Below, one piece after another: positions 11,501-22,722 of a DNA stretch of 64,000 nucleotides; position 1 is the stretch's first letter, and every line of letters starts with the position of its first letter. Source of the stretch: Neodothiora populina (taxonomy: Eukaryota); contig NW_027191404.1 of NCBI RefSeq assembly GCF_041146345.1, forward strand, positions 2,728,001-2,792,000, read 5' to 3'. The notes beneath the pieces are model-generated. The model was not told the origin of the DNA. It saw only the letters and a program-made list of their open reading frames with translations, and made no database searches. Both the position numbers and the translations under genes were made by a program.

Positions 11501-14500
11501 CAGATTCAATTCTTTCAGCATCACTTCGATTTCGAATTTGAGGTTCAACTTCAATTCTGCGAAATGATAGAGTTCCATCAACAGGCCAATCAGCTCCATC
11601 AACCATGGTTGCGGGGGCTTGAAGACTTGCGAATCCTTCGCTTGAGCCAAGACCTTGCAAGTAAAAGGAATGGCAACCACAAGTCTCCGTGTCTGGTGGG
11701 CTTCGATCAGGAAGTCTTTGAAGGACAGATTGCGATGGAGGATGGGTCGATTCCTAGCCAATGTCAATAAACCCAACCATGCCGCCAGGTTTTTCAGGTA
11801 TGTTCTGTCTGTCGAATTTGTCAAGGTGGTGTCCGAGTTCAAGAGTCTCGCCAAACTATGGTAAGTCTCTCTCAACACCTCGGCCCATAGCCACTTCTCA
11901 TCAAACATGTTGAGGACCTGCAAGTACAATCCTTGGAAGTTCGGTTGTGATTTGACAAGATCTTCGACGAGGTAAGAAGCGAACCATTGATGATGGCGCT
12001 CTTCCAGTGCTTCTTTGAGGTCCTTGAATTTCTCCTTGATGTTTCTCTTTGAGACGTTGTTAAGGACGAAAGTGACTTTCTCAGAAGTCTCTTCGTCGGG
12101 CTGCTCGTACAGCTCAAGTCTCAGAGGTTGATCGACATGAATGGAGGAGAAGGGGGGATATAGTGTTGTGGCTGTCAGATCTTCCTCTTCGACATCAACA
12201 AATGATCGAGGCTGCTTCTTGAGGATCTCTTCGGCTCGGTTGTAGACATCTGTTCCTCTCAGCTGAGGGATCATGACGAGTCGGTTGCAGAAAGTCGGCC
12301 ACTCCTCGAGGCGGTCCATGAAATGCAAAAGGGCCTGGAGACCGAATTTGTACATGGAATCGTCGACTCCGTATTCGGCGACTGCGTCGAGTACCATGAA
12401 CAGGGCAACGCCAAGAGTGATTCTTGACGACAAGACGCCGAATGCAATGATGCCTCCAAACAGGACCGCCGTGGTCGCGAGTGCTTCGAGAGGATATTCG
12501 CCGAAACAGTTGTATTCATCGAACAGGCCATGGATCATACAAGCGAAGAGATCTTGGTCCACGGGGTCATCTGATTCCTTGAGTTGCTGTAACCTTTCAA
12601 TCATTCCCCGCGGGTCGACATCGTTGCTGTACATCATTTTGTATTGTTCTTGCATTTTGACGTCTGCTTCCTCCGGTAGAGCATTGCCGTTTTCGCTGTT
12701 CTTGTCGATGATGGCATCGAATTTGTTGCCGTAATTCACAAGTCGCGGGTAGACCTGTAGGCAGATGCGTTGAATGGCTCCCTGATTGTCATCGTCCAAC
12801 TCACCCATGCGGATGACTTCGAGCAAGGAAAAGACCGTCTTGACTTTCAGCGGCATGGTGGTGGCAGGCTGATCTCTCTGCACCAGGGCTTCGTCTTCGG
12901 CCTTGTACCTCAGGAAATTGGCAATTGCCGCTGCGACCTGTTGTGGGGCTTGTTGCAGATGCTTTTGCGCCCAATCCTCCATGTCGATGACGCCTTGGCC
13001 ATGGGCGTGTGCTGCCAAATCAAGACCGAATTGATTTGGGATCATGATCAGCGTGTCAAGCCAACCGTGTTCTTGAGCATGACTGAAGATCAGCGGCAGG
13101 AGAGTCGAATCGGTCTCGTAGGCCTGCACAAGTCTCGCTGCCAACCAGACACGATCATGTTTCCACAGCGCATGCAATACGAAGGAGAAATGGGGCAGTG
13201 TCTTGTGAAAGAATGGGCGAAACAGCTGGTTCAGCGCCATGTCTTGTAACGGAGCCCATGGCTTCTCCACGGCGGAAGCTGCAACAACAAAGATATCGGT
13301 GTTCGCGTTGATGACTGTTTCTGGGATTCCGAGAGACTGCGCGTGGTTGTAGGCCTCTTGCGAATTGAAGATGTTCATGAAGAGCGCCTTGGTGGCATCG
13401 AGGGAGGTCATGGGATGACTGATGGCTTTCGAAGCATACTCCTTGACCTGCTCGCTGGCATCGACAAACTCTTCTTGTGTGAAAGCGGTGCGTAGCCTCG
13501 GGATCTGCGTGGCGTCAAGCTCGGTCGGAGTACAGGACAAGAAGGCGACGACGAAGGAGAGCTGTGTATCGGTGTATTCCCAGTCGTTCCCCCACAGCGC
13601 TTGGATGTCGAATGATTCCGTGTCTTTTGCTATGGGCAGCAGGGCGTGAAACAACAGCAGGAAAGAGTCCTTTGTTATCCTCAATCCGGGTCGATCAAAC
13701 GACTTGACGACGTCTTGCCAGTTGACTTTTTGCTTTTGTCTGATCGCCTCGACGAAGACGGCAGGCTTGTGTTGTTCGGGCCCCTGGGATGAAACCAGGA
13801 ACAGTAAAGCGCCAGCCAGTTGTTGCGGCGTGACTGTCTCTATGCTGTTCAGGAGCGTCTTGCACGAGTCGACGTCTCTTGTGGATGCGGGACGTTGTAG
13901 CAGCTTGACCAGGCCGTTGTTCGACTGCAAGACCTCGATCAGGGCGACCGCCGCTCCGACTTCTGTGGGAATGGGCGTCCGTAGTTTATTGTATCGCGAC
14001 TCGATGGTGAAGAAAAGATGCTGCTGCTTCTCGTCGTTCCACTGTCGAGGCGGGTCTTGGATCAGTCTGACCAGGATGAAGGCGACCAAGGTGGGTGAAA
14101 GCTCTTCTGCGGTTGGGTTCGCGAGCACTTCGAGGAAGTTGTTGAAGTTTGACGTCAAGATGGCGTCGGCTTGGTCGCGTCAGTTCCCCTCTGGCTTTTG
14201 ACAAGAATAAAGGAAGAAAAAAAGGAAAAGGAGAAGAAAAAGAAAAAGAACAATTACCTTTCATGCGGATGTCTTGCTTGGACACGGTCCTGCATGCCAA
14301 TGACAAGACAATCTTCGCGACAGGATCTAGTCTGAAATGATCCATAAACGTAGACAAGTCGAAGTCGCGAAACACATCTGCCTCTGTCGTGTCGAGGGCA
14401 TCGGAGATCTTGAATGCTTGTTGTGGGGATTTGGTCAGTTTGGTCATCTCATTGACCAGTAACGAATAACTCCCATCCTGTTTGGAAGACGAAGAAAATA

Positions 14501-14800
14501 TGTACGCGGCATTGCTCTGTAATAGGCGCCTGAAATAGATTGATGATACTTCCATTCCGTGTTCATCTACCAGCTGTTGTTCTTGCCTGTCAGTGTCTTC
14601 ATGTGCCGCAAATGGAAAAACATAGCTTTCGTTACCTGTTGGATCTTCTCAATACACTTGTTGCTCTCTTTCGATCGCCCGAGCTGAGTGAGTAGGATCA
14701 AGAGCTGCGACTTGACGATCGACGCGGTTGTCGACGAGGATGGTGGTCGTGGTGATGATGGTGTTGATGATGATGTTGTGTTTTTGGAGGTAAAGCTCAT
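8543..14800 (-). CDS. NOT1: CCR4-NOT scaffold subunit Not1 (~2,000 aa); at least 4 exons
   Basis: Introns 14574-14635, 14170-14257 and 9353-9406. Conserved segments FACMIHGLFDEY..YPLEALATTAVLFG, LKLNLKFEIEV, PVVERSVTIA, ANQLRHPNSHT, RPHPWGL. Start codon 14800 is a best guess. Confidence 0.93.
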
Positions 14801-15489
14801 CTAGACGAACAAGTCCATTTGAATCTTTGACATGCGCAGATGTGGAGAGACGAAGATGGAAGGGTGGAAGGGGGTGAGTGAGTAGAGATGGTGTTGTGAC
14901 CTGACTTGAATCGACTTGACTACGCATCCATCTCGCTCTCTGCGTCTTGTCTGTATACCTGATTCCTCTATGTCGCTGTCGCTCTCCGTCTGTCTCTGCT
15001 TCTTCTGCCTCTTTCGGCTTTAGCCGTCGCTGGTCTGTGCTTTTGCTTCGTCGTCAATGAGTACAGCTGTTGCTTCTTGGCGTTGCTTGATGGTGTTATA
15101 CCACAATGGACCATGACATCAATTACTGTGGACTATGATTGGGTTGTATGATGGAATGCATCATCTCTAACATATCCTGGTGGTCATCCTGGAGCTAGTT
15201 GTGATTCACGAATGGGAGGAGGCTTCTTGGACTGTTCTGCATCCATCATATCAGCAAAGCCGCAGTGTCCCTTCCCGTATGCGTGTTAGTTACTCCCTTC
15301 AATCATGTACTTGAGAAAATATGAAAACACCAATGCGTTTGCACGAAAACTTGAATCAGCGCCTTAGGCACACGGCATATATACATTGGTCTGGTTAAGC
15401 AGTAGAGTCGATGCAAAAATCTCGAATTATTCGTCATAACTGTACAAATGGGTTGATCATGAACGCGCAGAAATGGACAGGGTTGCCCT

Positions 15490-17583
15490 CTAGTCCGCCT
15501 GTCTCAGCACCCTTCCTACCTCCTGCATTGCTTCTTCCTCTGAGAGTCCCAACGTCAACATACATTTCTTCGCCCAAGTCTTTTCTTCCTTTGGCGCCTT
15601 TCGCAGTATAATGTTGATCGTGTTGATGTTCGGTGTAAACGATGAACCGAAAAGGCGCGTCCTTCCTACACTGATCCCTAGAGATCTGTCCTGTTTCCAG
15701 AATCTCCCGAGGAACTTCTTCGCTCTCTCGGTCCCGTACACATCGACAACCCCATCAAGGATGATGTTGAATGATTGGATCGTCATTGTATACCTTTGTC
15801 TTGGTGTGTCGAGGAAAGAAAGACAAGTCCTTTCCCATTTCGAATCTATGCATGCCAAAACAAGCAATGTCGATTGTATCTTGTCCTTCTTCTTGCTGTC
15901 AGACAATATTCGTAACAGCCTCTCCACCGCCTCGGTACGTGACGGTCCATCGGACGGGTCTGTTTCTTGCAACCATGAGCGTGCGATCGTTGCAATGCTT
16001 CTGCCCTGAATCGGTGAATCGGCCATGTCAAGCAAAGTGTCGACGACGCTCCATTTCTTGAGATGGACTTGTGTTTCAATCAATGGAGAAATCGCGAGGT
16101 TCTTGGTGTCTATCAACTCGACAAGCATGTCGGCATCATCGACCGCAGAGGCAAATCGAATCAATGCAGGTCCCATGATGGCATCTCTCCACATTTCTTT
16201 CGTTATCGTCGGTCCGTCAATGTCCTGCGATTGCAATAACCATTTGCCGAAATCGAAACACTTTGCTTCGACAACGAGGTCGAGTAACGGTGCCAGTATT
16301 GTGACAGGCAATTGAGGATAAAACCCGGGATATTCGATTTCGTCGTGGTCCTCTTTCTCCGCAAACGCTTCGATTGATCGTAACTTGTTGCGATCCGACA
16401 TTCGCTGCAAGTCCTCGAACGTCGTCAGTGCTCCTGCCACGTTTCCTTGATCGATGTAGGCCTTTAGTATGCGATGCATCAATCCGATGCCGAGAGCTGT
16501 TCCTTGTCCTTCGCCGAATTCAGAAGAAAGGATCAAAACGATCTTCTTGGCGAGATTGTTGTCTGCCACGGGGAAAAACCTCATAACGACAGCGTCCGAA
16601 GAGACGGTGAACCTCTTGATGAGCTGGAAGACTCGTGATGCAGGTATCTTTCTTACTTGTATCTGATCGAGCAAAGCATCGATGAGTGCCTCGACGACTT
16701 CTGCTGAAAGAGTCTTTTTGATGTTTGTCGCATCTTTCCAAGACAAAGTTGACCAAGTCTTGGTGTTGACGATCTTGTCGAGAAGGATGGCTCCTTCCTC
16801 TATCCATCCGCCATGAAGACAAGACCACAAAACAAGCTCGAGCCAGACTTCGTGACTTATCGTCGGAACGTTGACTTTGAAGATCGACTTTTCGTTTTTT
16901 GCCCGCCACGCTGCATCCGACAATGAAGTCAAGATGTGTGATGACAACAAATGCAGAGTGGGCGACTGCCGTATGGAAGGGTGATAAGCATAGATCGAAC
17001 TTGGCATGATATCGTTGTGGTGCAACAGCGCAATCATCTCCAATATCTCAGGAGTGATGTGATCCTTGGTTTCAGCATCCTCAATGATCATCTGGCCCAG
17101 AGATATCCATATCGTTCCAAGTGTCTCATGGGACAAGGAAGTGCTGGGATCTCGTTTTGTGGATTGACCCAAGTCTGTTGGAATTGATTCTTCCGGTGGA
17201 TCGAGGATAATGCCATGAACGTCTTGAGTGATTTCTTTCAAGGACCTCCTTCCGTTCCATGGTGCTGCTTGGCTGTATTTTTCCTCTCTATGGCCCTTCC
17301 AAATCTCCTCTACCAGATGATTCATCAACCACTTGACGTCGTCCCATCTTTTCTTCTCGACACCTAGATATGTCAAGAGATCTAGTCCATAGCCCCTCTG
17401 TGCCTTCTTGAGCAACGTGGCAACATCCAATGGCGATTGTTGTTTTGCATCTAGCAGAGAGATCCACGCATCGGCGTCCTGTCGCTTCTTCGGTCGTGGT
17501 AATAATCTGGGTTTTCTCAGACAAGCAGCAGACGTGGAAAATCGTCTATGAAAGCCTGCTAGCTGAAAATAACTTCTTTGCAT
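15490..17583 (-). CDS. Probable mitochondrial helical-repeat (PPR-like) protein, 697 aa
   Basis: Intronless ORF with Arg/Ser-rich presequence (MQRSYFQLAGFHRRFSTSAACLRK) and PPR-like segments (HRILKAYIDQGNVAGALTTFEDL; SFNIILDGVVDVYGTERA; FTPNINTINIIL). Coding status is firmer than the function. Confidence 0.65.
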   Translation of the reverse strand: MQRSYFQLAGFHRRFSTSAACLRKPRLLPRPKKRQDADAWISLLDAKQQSPLDVATLLKKAQRGYGLDLLTYLGVEKKRWDDVKWLMNHLVEEIWKGHREEKYSQAAPWNGRRSLKEITQDVHGIILDPPEESIPTDLGQSTKRDPSTSLSHETLGTIWISLGQMIIEDAETKDHITPEILEMIALLHHNDIMPSSIYAYHPSIRQSPTLHLLSSHILTSLSDAAWRAKNEKSIFKVNVPTISHEVWLELVLWSCLHGGWIEEGAILLDKIVNTKTWSTLSWKDATNIKKTLSAEVVEALIDALLDQIQVRKIPASRVFQLIKRFTVSSDAVVMRFFPVADNNLAKKIVLILSSEFGEGQGTALGIGLMHRILKAYIDQGNVAGALTTFEDLQRMSDRNKLRSIEAFAEKEDHDEIEYPGFYPQLPVTILAPLLDLVVEAKCFDFGKWLLQSQDIDGPTITKEMWRDAIMGPALIRFASAVDDADMLVELIDTKNLAISPLIETQVHLKKWSVVDTLLDMADSPIQGRSIATIARSWLQETDPSDGPSRTEAVERLLRILSDSKKKDKIQSTLLVLACIDSKWERTCLSFLDTPRQRYTMTIQSFNIILDGVVDVYGTERAKKFLGRFWKQDRSLGISVGRTRLFGSSFTPNINTINIILRKAPKEEKTWAKKCMLTLGLSEEEAMQEVGRVLRQAD

Positions 17584-17895
17584 TGGTTGCCGAGTAGCAT
17601 GTTTTTTTGTTCATCACACGTCTACATGCTTTTTCGCCTTCGATGATGTTTCGACTTTCACATTCGGGAATGAGCGCCAAGACAAAATTCATTCTCCGAC
17701 CGACCGGAAAGGGAAAAGGGAAGTCGCTCGCCGGCCATTTACACGCGTTACGTCATGACAGGCGCGTCTGCCTGCAGAACAGCAGCTTCTTGTGATGAGG
17801 AAGGTACCTCAAGTCGAGGTAAAGATATCACCATACCTTGTGTTGATAATCCATCTCAAGGCGATCTTGGAACACCCCGTCTTTACGTGTCCAAA

Positions 17896-18920
17896 ATGCC
17901 TTACAGACTGGGTAGAGTTCTATACACAAATGTCAAAATGCGCAAAAGCTGACCGTGCAACAGAAATCAGTCCAAACAACCGGGCAGGTTGCAAGGCGAC
18001 AGACTGCAAGAAGGCAAACATCAAGATCTCCAAAGGAGAACTTCGTCATGGTGTCTTCGTCACCATCCAGGACCATCAGAGTTGGCAATGGAAGCATTGG
18101 TATGTTTCTCCGGACGAGATTCCTTCTATTTATTCTTACAATTTACTAACAATATTGGTAGGGGATGCGTCACTCCCAAAGTCATTGCAAACATGAAGGA
18201 AGAAAGCGGCATGGATCCCGACATGATAGACGGATACGAGGATCTGCCCGAAGACATTCAGGAGAAACTCATGCGCGCTCTTGAACAGGGTCATGTGGAT
18301 CTCGAAGACTGGAAGGGTGTATGTATTTCTCTTCCATTACTTGTACTTTCTGCTAAATTGCTGCAGGATGCAGAATGCAACGTCCCAGGATCGTCTAGTA
18401 AACACCTGACTGCTGCTCAGCGCAAGAAGATGGAGAAGGACAAGGCCGCCGAAGAGGTATTCACTCCTACCGATCTGCCCTCACGCCTTACTGACTTTAG
18501 CCCCAGGGTGACGATGACGAAGCACCAGCACCAAAGAAGCGCGGCCGCGCGAAGAAGGAAACTGTCGAGGACGACGAGGATGAACCTGCTCCACCAAAGA
18601 AGCGTGGTCGTGCTAAGAAAGAAGTCGTCGAAGACGATGAGCCTGCGCCCAAAAAGACCAGAGGCAGACCAAAGAAAGCGGCTACACCGGACGAGGAGGA
18701 GGAAGAGAAACCTGCTCCACCACCAAAGAAACGTGGTCGCGTCAAGAAAGAGCCCACCCCAGAGGTCGAGAAGGAAGAGGAGGCTGCCGAGGAGGTGGAC
18801 GAGGGCGATGAAGAAGAGCCAGTCCCCAAAAAGACTAGGGGAAGGCCTAAGAAGGCTGCTGCTTCTGCTGCTGCTGCCAACACAGAGCAGAAGCCCAAGA
18901 AGCACAGAAAGAAGGCTTGA
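17896..18920 (+). CDS. PARP-type zinc finger (zf-PARP) protein with acidic tail and AT-hook-like repeats; 5 exons
   Basis: ATG 17896; introns 17912-17963, 18100-18161, 18319-18366, 18457-18500. Spliced product MPYRLEISPNNRAGCKATDC..ISKGELR..WKHWGC..IDGYEDLPEDIQEK, then five PKK(T)RGR repeats; TGA at 18918-18920. Confidence 0.85.
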
Positions 18921-19282
18921 TTTCCACGCACGATACCCTTTGTCTGTCCACGGGTAGCTTTGGCTACAGGCACTTAGCACAACAGGTAGATTAATTACCT
19001 ACATGTTCAAATGAAAATGACGTTCGCTCTTTCGCTTCACCACGACAACGACAATCAAATATGTGTATGACGCTTACACTTCCCGATATAGACTTTACAA
19101 CCGATCCCGCCTTACTCTATCGGGCATGACGGAATCTCCAGATCTTGTACCTTGCAGATGGAAGTGAGATTTGATGAAACACGACCATCCCATTTCGGAC
19201 ACTTCATTGATGTCAAGAGCAGACGCGGTAGAGACGTGTAGCTGACGTGATTTGGTTTTGTTTTTGCTGTTGTTGTTGTTGG

Positions 19283-19283
<1 letters not shown>

Positions 19284-19319
<36 letters not shown>
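19284..19319. repeat. (GAT)12 microsatellite preceded by a short (TGT)n run
   Basis: Read directly; lies about 120 bp upstream of the ATG at 19436. Confidence 0.95.
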
Positions 19320-19320
<1 letters not shown>

Positions 19321-19435
19321 GCGATGGTGACGATTGTGTTGGTGACGATGGAGCAATACAAATAGGGCTCCGAGTCCTCTTCCCTTTCTGCGTTGCATCT
19401 TATCCGATACTCAAGTCACAAACCAATTGATCAAA

Positions 19436-19902
19436 ATGTCTAACACATACGGAACCACTTCTGCCGACGCTGCCTATGAGGCCGAGAACGATTTCGCCGC
19501 CGGTGGTGAGCAGGTGTCTAGCACAGACAACCCCTCCGCCGACTACAAGTCACGCACCGGACAGTCTGCCATCCCTGTCCAGGCAGACGACAAGCCTCTC
19601 GATGACCCCATTGATGCCACCACTGCCGACTCTGATGAGACATTAGGTATGAGTTGTTCTGTGACAATCTTCGATGTTCCTTTTACAGTTGACTGATAAC
19701 ATCAGCCGCGGACGAGGCCGATGCCATTGACAGCGACAACATCATTGACAGCCGGACAAGAGGTGCAGAGCCTGAGGGATCATATCAGGAGCCCGGCGAC
19801 GAAGAGGTTCGTCAAGCTGCTATAGCCTTTATTTGACCCTTTTGACTAAGCTTTCTCAAGGGCCTTCCCTCCGACGATGGCACTTCCAAAGTTGCCTATT
19901 AG
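19436..19902 (+). CDS. Small acidic protein with Chz1 histone-chaperone-like motif; 3 exons
   Basis: Introns 19647-19705 and 19807-19860 give ...DYKSRTGQSAIPVQAD...DEADAIDSDNIIDSRTRG...YQEPGDEEGLP; ID.DNII..RTRG resembles the CHZ motif. Confidence 0.75.
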
Positions 19903-20390
19903 TTAGATAATTATAATATTCACGAATTGACGTACCTCCTCTGTTGCACCAATATACCAATTCACCTCTTTGTATATGCCAATTATTTGACATTGTATGC
20001 ACGGTGCATATGGTGAAGCAGTGAAGTTTTGTAGAATAGTATAGTGTGCAATCGGTGGTTTGGCTTTCTAACGATCGACCGCCGACCGCCGACGGCCGAA
20101 GTTGGAGCGATGCCCGAATGTTGGTTAAGTGTCCAGATACATTCGTCGGAGCTTCGAGGTATACGGTAGGGCGACCTTTGAGATAATCCTCATAAGAATT
20201 GCGCTGTCCAAGCATTCCGACCCTGCCACCAGATTACTCCTCGACTTCCGCCTGTCTTTCGCCTGTGGTCTGAAATCAACCGATCCGGATGTCTAGGTAG
20301 ACAGAATAGGAGAACAAGAACAAGTGCCTTCGATTTCGAATCTCCATCTCTGCGCAACGCCAAATATACAAGTCAACAACAAGCACAAGA

Positions 20391-20995
20391 ATGTTTTCCG
20401 GACTCCAACCCCGTCAACTAGCGACTCAAGTGCTCAACTTCGCCCTGGTGTTGAGCACAGCTTTCATGCTATGGAAAGGGCTGTCCATCGTCACAGATTC
20501 GTCGTCGCCCATCGTCGTCGTGCTCTCGGGATCCATGGAGCCTGCCTTTCAACGAGGAGATCTCTTGTTTCTCTGGAATAGAGGGATGAACACACAGGTC
20601 GGCGAGGTCGTCGTTTACAATGTCCGAGGCAAGGATATCCCGATCGTGCATAGAGTCGTTCGCAGATTCGGTGGAGAGTATGTTTTTCCTTTTCCAGCAG
20701 CATGACGCGCGCCTTCTTCTTGCTCTTCTATACCGTACATATATGTACACTCACGCTGACACCAAACTACAGAACCCTGCAGCTGTTGACCAAGGGAGAC
20801 AACAACGCTGCAGATGACACAGAGCTCTACGCCCGTGGTCAATCTTTCTTGACACGTCACACCGATGTCGTCGGCTCTGTCGTCGGTTATGTGCCTTTTG
20901 TCGGTTACATCACCATTTTGCTATCAGAATATCCTTGGTTGAAGACCGTCATGCTAGGATTCATGGCTTTAACTGTTGTATTACAGAGGGAATAG
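20391..20995 (+). CDS. SEC11: Signal peptidase complex catalytic subunit; 2 exons
   Basis: [38 protein letters not shown]; intron 20678-20772. Confidence 0.96.
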
Positions 20996-21116
20996 GAAAA
21001 TATTGTTCTCTTCGGTATACAATGCCTAATCCTTGAAAATGAAAATAAAACTCCATATCCCCCCTGTTGCCCCCTTCCTCCCAATCCAGTGAAAAGAAAA
21101 AAGAAAAAGAAGTCAT

Positions 21117-21635
21117 TTAATCTTCCTCTTCATCCTCATCGTCGCCACCCTGAATTACTTGAGTTAGTTAGAGCTGTTGCTGAATAAAAGAGTCAATTGA
21201 CGACGGGGAGGGACAGTTGGAGCTTACAGCAGTATAGGCAGCCTTCTCCTCTTCGTAACGCTTCTTGTCAGCTGCGGCCTTGGCTTCGTAAGGAGTCTTC
21301 TCCTTGTCGGTCAGAGCCTTCCATTGCTCACCGAGCATCTTGCCGACGTCGCCTTGGTGGGCTGTCAGTACCACGTGCAGCGATGCGGTTTGGAGGATTA
21401 GAGTAGACGTACCGAACTTGATGCCAGGGTTGTCCTCGCGAACCTTCTCGCGACGGTCGTTGGCGAAGAACATGTAAGCAGAGAGACCGCGCTTGGGTGC
21501 GTTGGGGTCTTTCGCGAGATCAGTCAATGGAAAATGCAATAGTCGAAGCAAGAGAGAAGACGAACCCTTCTTCTTCTTTCCACCGTCAGCCTTGCTGGCC
21601 TTGGTCTTGCGAGTCTTGGTCACGTCCTTTGGCAT
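21117..21635 (-). CDS. NHP6: HMG-box non-histone chromosomal protein; 4 coding exons plus a 5'UTR intron
   Basis: [21 protein letters not shown]...[20 protein letters not shown]; introns 21509-21565, 21353-21412 and 21150-21227; acidic tail [10 protein letters not shown]; 5'UTR intron 21642-21701 (GTAAGT...CTAAT...CAG). Confidence 0.95.
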
Positions 21636-22722
21636 TTTGAACTGTGGAAACAAAAATTAGTTTGACGTGCAACTCGACCAATGACGCGTCAATTTACTTA
21701 CTGTTCTGTTGGTGGTGTTGTCGTGAGATGGAGAGATGTGTGTTTCGCTTAAGTGTTTACTATATTGATGCGATAGTCATTAGTAAAAATGGAATTGCTG
21801 TCGACGGACCAAAATACGACGAAAGACGCGACTTGGGAAAATCATCATCCAACAAGAACAATTGTAATATGTGCAGAAAGAAATAAAACGCGCGTTGTTG
21901 AAATACATCAATGTTGGTTGACGCGAAGCGCGGACATTTATTTGGATAGGACCATAAGCCCGTGGGGCAACACGTACCTTTTTGCAGTGTGAGTGGTTGT
22001 GTGAGAGCAAGATTGTATGTGAGAGAGAGAGGACAGCAGAGGAGCTTTGGTGAAGAAGCAGTGAGAGCAGTTTTGGGGGGGACAGCCCTCACCTAGATAA
22101 TCTTACGTCCTGTTGGACCCTGAATTTCCGCGACGCGGCTGGGAGGGCTTGTGTATTGGTCTTGGCAAGTTTGTTTGGTTTCACTTGTGCCTTCCCTCTC
22201 GCTGCTGTGGGTGTATGACGAACATGAATGCAATTGCCGAGTTCTACACTATTGCTTGCACCGAGATAGACGACTCTCGATCATATTGCTAACCTTCATC
22301 ACCTAGAAAATCGAGGATTATGCACGTGTTTGCACATTGACGCCATAACAAATGTACAGCAGGAACGCGTCGACTCCACACAAACGTACGAGGGACCCCC
22401 CCGCCCTAGTAACGTTTCCTCTTGTCTTCCCCCCCTCTTTTTCCATTCCAGCTGCAATGGTCCCTCAGTTATGACATAGCATTCTCCGGTAGCGCTGGTG
22501 GCTTGTATGGCTGAGGTACCGTGTAACAGTACAGTAATTCTGCTGTCATTCTGTATCATACTTTGAAACGAAGGTGATAATATTGGTTACTCATCTCTCT
22601 CATCAAGCGGTCTGTAATAATCGTGATACTGTAATCCATCCCTGCCACCAAGCGTCTGAATAGAAAACAAGACAGCGCATCAGAAAAGCCAATGAAAATC
22701 GTCACTGTTCACCCCTTTCTCT

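Noticed and set aside
17989..18980. 322-aa + ORF and 187/158-aa minus ORFs
   Set aside because: Mosaic of introns and off-frame exons, or antisense to the repetitive tail of the zf-PARP gene.
19095..19398. Poly-Ile and poly-His/Gln ORFs
   Set aside because: Translations of the GAT/TGT microsatellite.
22115..22135. GGAAATTCAGGG on the minus strand resembling the RNase P CR-I motif
   Set aside because: No matching CR-V/P4 partner seen, and nearby stems favour the opposite strand.
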